From Roseibacillus sp. (GTDB taxonomy: Bacteria; Verrucomicrobiota; Verrucomicrobiia; Verrucomicrobiales; Akkermansiaceae), in the NCBI GenBank assembly GCA_965242925.1, contig CBDEUM010000014.1:512001-576000 (forward strand): a stretch of 64,000 nucleotides of DNA. Reading direction: 5' to 3'. Within the stretch, counting starts at the first letter, position 1. The number at the start of each line of letters is the position of its first letter. Under the pieces are notes generated by a model. It had not been told where the DNA came from and did not search any database. It saw only the letters and a program-made list of their open reading frames with translations. A program made the position numbers and the translations under genes. Shown here piece by piece: positions 62,935-64,000 of this stretch.

Positions 62935-64000
62935 GTGTCCCCGTCCGGACCAGTGCGCCTGCGGGTCGATGGCCGCTTTCTTGCCCTCGGCGATGATCGC
63001 ATCTTCCTGAAAGGCGTCACCTTCGGGCCGTTCCCCCCGGATGCAGAACTCGATCCCGTCGTCGAGTTTCCCCGGCTTGCCGAGTGTGGCTTCAATGCCA
63101 TCCGCCTCTACACCGGAGCGGACCAGCGCCTCCTCGACTGTGCGCATGAGAATGGGCTCCTCGTCCTGCTCGGACTGCCCTGGGAATGGAATCGCGACTT
63201 CCTTGCGGAACCCCGGCTGCGCACCGAGGGCGAGCTGCGGCTGCTCGAATTCCTGCAGGAGCACGGCTCCCATCCGGCTCTGGGGGCCCTTCTGGTGGCC
63301 AATGAAATCCCCTCCGATCTCGCCCGCTGGATGGGTCCGGCAAGAGTCCGGGAGGCTCTCGAGGATCTCATCGATCTCTGCCGTGGCACGTGCAGGGAGC
63401 TCCTCATTGCCTACGCCAACTATCCCAGCACCGAATACCTTGAGCCCCGCAATGCGGACTTCACCGCCTTCAACATCTACCTCGAGGACCGCGAGGCCCT
63501 GGGTCGCTACCTGTCCCGCCTGCAGAACATCGCGGGCGACCGCCCGGTGCTCATCACCGAATTCGGTCTCGATACCCTGCGCAACAGTGAAGAGGAACAG
63601 GCGGCCCTCCTCGACGCCCACCTCGACGAGTGCCTCGCTGCCGGGATGGCGGGCACCACTCTTTTCGCCTGGTCCGACCGCTGGGTCAGCCGAGGCCGTA
63701 CCATGGAGGACTGGGCCTTCGGCCTCACCCGCTGCGACCGGAGCGAGAAACCGATCCTGCCCATCCTCCGGGAGAGATTGCCGCCCTTGACCACCCACCG
63801 CGAGGCCCTGCCACTGACGCATGCTCCCCGGATCTCGGTGGTGGTCTGCACGCACAACGGCTCCGCGATCCTGGCCGACTGCCTGACCGCCTGCCGCGCC
63901 CTGGACTACCCCGACTTCGAGGTTCTCCTGGTCGACGACGGCTCCACGGACGCTACCGCCGAGGTGGTGGCCCGCTTCCCGGAGGTGCGCTACCTCCGGC
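62935..64000 (+). CDS. Fusion of a GH-A clan (GH2-like) TIM barrel and a GT2 glycosyltransferase, truncated by the window end
   Basis: Not in the ORF track because no stop falls in the window. GTG at 62935 reads ..RVDGRF..LKGVTFGPF..GFNAIRLYT..VANEIP..YANYPSTEYL..ITEFGLD..FAWSD, then PRISVVVCTHNG..LDYPDFEVLLVDDGSTD. Confidence 0.87.
   Translation, partial: MSPSGPVRLRVDGRFLALGDDRIFLKGVTFGPFPPDAELDPVVEFPRLAECGFNAIRLYTGADQRLLDCAHENGLLVLLGLPWEWNRDFLAEPRLRTEGELRLLEFLQEHGSHPALGALLVANEIPSDLARWMGPARVREALEDLIDLCRGTCRELLIAYANYPSTEYLEPRNADFTAFNIYLEDREALGRYLSRLQNIAGDRPVLITEFGLDTLRNSEEEQAALLDAHLDECLAAGMAGTTLFAWSDRWVSRGRTMEDWAFGLTRCDRSEKPILPILRERLPPLTTHREALPLTHAPRISVVVCTHNGSAILADCLTACRALDYPDFEVLLVDDGSTDATAEVVARFPEVRYLR

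Noticed and set aside
62923..63857. Track ORFs 62923..63855 (-) and 63041..63790 (+)
   Set aside because: They are shadows of the GH/GT2 gene in the frame starting at 62935.

Overview
GC-rich (roughly 60-65%) bacterial chromosome segment. The gene content (lamin-tail/CotH giant protein, a shared S-x-D-L-x-x-W C-terminal module, many Cys-type sulfatases) suggests a Verrucomicrobiota/PVC polysaccharide degrader; this is inference, as no marker gene is present. The window holds 15 formylglycine-type sulfatases (one fused to GH43, one to HEAT-like repeats), a CE15 esterase, a sialate O-acetylesterase-like protein, a Tat-exported Gfo/Idh/MocA oxidoreductase, a lactonase, three metallophosphoesterases, NhaC and MscS transporters, an AlgI/AlgJ-like pair, a SWIM-SNF2 helicase, and a GHMP-kinase/UDPGP fusion with a GalU-like partner. 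Signals the ORF track misses or does not explain: (1) selD is a selenoprotein gene with an in-frame TGA (CAG-U-ASK) and a SECIS-like hairpin, followed by a GH-A/GT2 fusion that runs off the window end; (2) two mini-genes that look like a gene start joined in frame to a gene end; (3) a tandem duplication that carried along the 3' tail of a sulfatase gene; (4) a circularly permuted beta-sandwich module inserted in a phosphatase; (5) a C-terminal motif shared by three unrelated types of secreted protein; (6) a structured nhaC leader; (7) two +1 frameshifts; (8) recurrent leaderless-type promoters. No rRNA, tRNA, CRISPR array, transposase, integrase or reverse transcriptase was recognised. All family calls come from motif recognition by eye, not database searches.
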